Source: Azolla caroliniana (Eukaryota; Plantae; Polypodiophyta). From it: a stretch of 64,000 bases of DNA. This document shows positions 63,001-64,000 of the stretch, in pieces; the stretch's first letter is position 1; each line of letters starts with the position of its first letter. The stretch is taken from the NCBI GenBank assembly GCA_043228905.1, contig JBHGNT010000006.1, positions 17,794,001-17,858,000 of the forward strand, in the 5' to 3' direction. A program made the translations under genes and the position numbers. The notes under the pieces were generated by a model. It ran no database searches. It was not told the origin of the DNA and worked only from the letters and a program-made list of their open reading frames with translations.

Positions 63001-63736
63001 GATAGTCAACTGTGCTTTCCCCTCCTCCATGTGGGAAACATGTGAGCTCTTCCGAGCCCGGCCACTTAGCTAAACCATTATATATGACCATCTGGTGCCG
63101 ACTGCCAAGTTCGAGCAGATGATGGCCAAAGCTCGTGGCGTCCGCACCTTGATCCTTTGATCTACATGTGGTACCTATGTCTAAAGGATCAACATTTACC
63201 ATTTCTAGGTTTCTATTCATCTGAAATACTGTGCATTGTCGGGATTGGGTTCTCGCATTGAAGTCTCCTACAAGAAATACTTCTCCTTGGGAAGAATATC
63301 GGATTATGTCATCCGATAGGGGTTCGTATGGAGAAGGCCCATGTGGCATTCCTTCATCGACTAATCTCGTCAAGCCACTAATATTATAACGGGATCCTTT
63401 TGGGGGAAAGTAACAAATGGCGAAAAATACTACATGGTCTTTGCTTATGGAGACTTTCACCCACATAAAACGAGCTTCTGGGTCTATCTTCATTATTTCT
63501 ATCCTATTATGTAGCTCTCTACGAAATAGTATCGCGACACCTCCAGATCCCCTAGTAGTGTGTCGACGTGAGGTTTGTCTAAAAGCGGACTCCCAACGGA
63601 ATCCTTCGACCCGTGGGAGTCCTCTATTTGGGCTCTGATGTGTTTCTACCAAGAAAAGTATATCAGATACCTTTAGTATCTCCTTTAGGCGGTCGGGGTG
63701 TGCCTAGAGTGCGCCATTACAATTCCATAGGGTCAT
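60035..63736 (-). CDS. LINE ORF2: APE endonuclease, RT and C-terminal CCHC zinc finger; one premature TAG at 63704-63706
   Basis: 'MTLWNCNG', 'VETH', 'GDFNART', 'STVDY', 'ADH'. RT 'QAGFR', 'FVDFRKAFD', 'GVKQGCPLSP', 'LLYADD', 'YLG'. 'LRISSHQLEIENGR...RICRLC...EDEYHF..KCPTY'. Open for 1205 codons after the stop. Confidence 0.93.
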
Positions 63737-63772
63737 CCTAAGTGCATTTTCTGTCACATGGGCCACACGCCG

Positions 63773-64000
63773 TCAGTTAGTAGTGCGATCATTTATGATC
63801 ACTCGCCCGTCTCGGTAAAAGGCGCGATGGCCTTCTTTACGAGCTTGCATAACTCGTGGCATACAACTCTTGCGATGCTCAATTTGCATATTAGTGAGGT
63901 CTTCATCGAGATAGATGGGGTCCCCATCCATTCCTCGAAGGATTGGTCTCTTCTTAAAGAAAGTGATTCTAGAGTCTAAGTCTTTGAATTGAAGGACTAA
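63773..64000 (-). pseudogene. LINE ORF1 C-terminal fragment (frameshifted)
   Basis: 'PIYLDEDLTNMQIEHRK...ARKEGHRAFYRDGRVIINDRTTN*', typical of the C-terminal domain of L1/Tnp22-type ORF1 proteins. Confidence 0.7.

Larger units (their letters stand above)
59833..64000 (-). mobile_element. LINE, RTEX-like: end of ORF1, ORF2, 3' UTR and (TTTC)n tail; 5' end outside the window
   Basis: Two-ORF layout. The microsatellite tail (GAAA)n at ~59833-59850 abuts the Copia G LTR. Confidence 0.9.

Overview
Eukaryotic land-plant genomic DNA, inferred to be from a non-seed plant (fern, lycophyte or bryophyte) on the basis of its TE lineages. About 85% is a stack of nested retrotransposons that can be resolved through LTR termini, PBS/PPT and target-site duplications (TSDs): a Ty3/Gypsy element with a large extra ORF (1-8744), seven Ty1/Copia copies, six solo LTRs, a fungal-type Gypsy remnant, a chromovirus 3' end and a nearly intact RTEX-like LINE (59833-64000). 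One intact host gene is present, a 6-exon FtsJ/RrmJ-family rRNA 2'-O-methyltransferase (24564-27957, minus). The most notable signal appears once the nested insertions are removed: a decayed Sola1/DUF7869-like DNA transposase gene (48816-53797, minus) lies head-to-head with an intron-containing pseudogene encoding a ParB-like domain fused to a prokaryote-type beta-class N6-adenine/N4-cytosine DNA methyltransferase (53983-56206, plus). This suggests a plant DNA transposon carrying its own amino-methyltransferase. Three Gypsy LTRs also carry an antisense tRNA-derived Pol III A-box/B-box module, and the TGTCGTG...CACGACA LTR group makes 4-bp TSDs at A-Y-R-Y sites. All family assignments come from motif recognition by eye; no searches were run.
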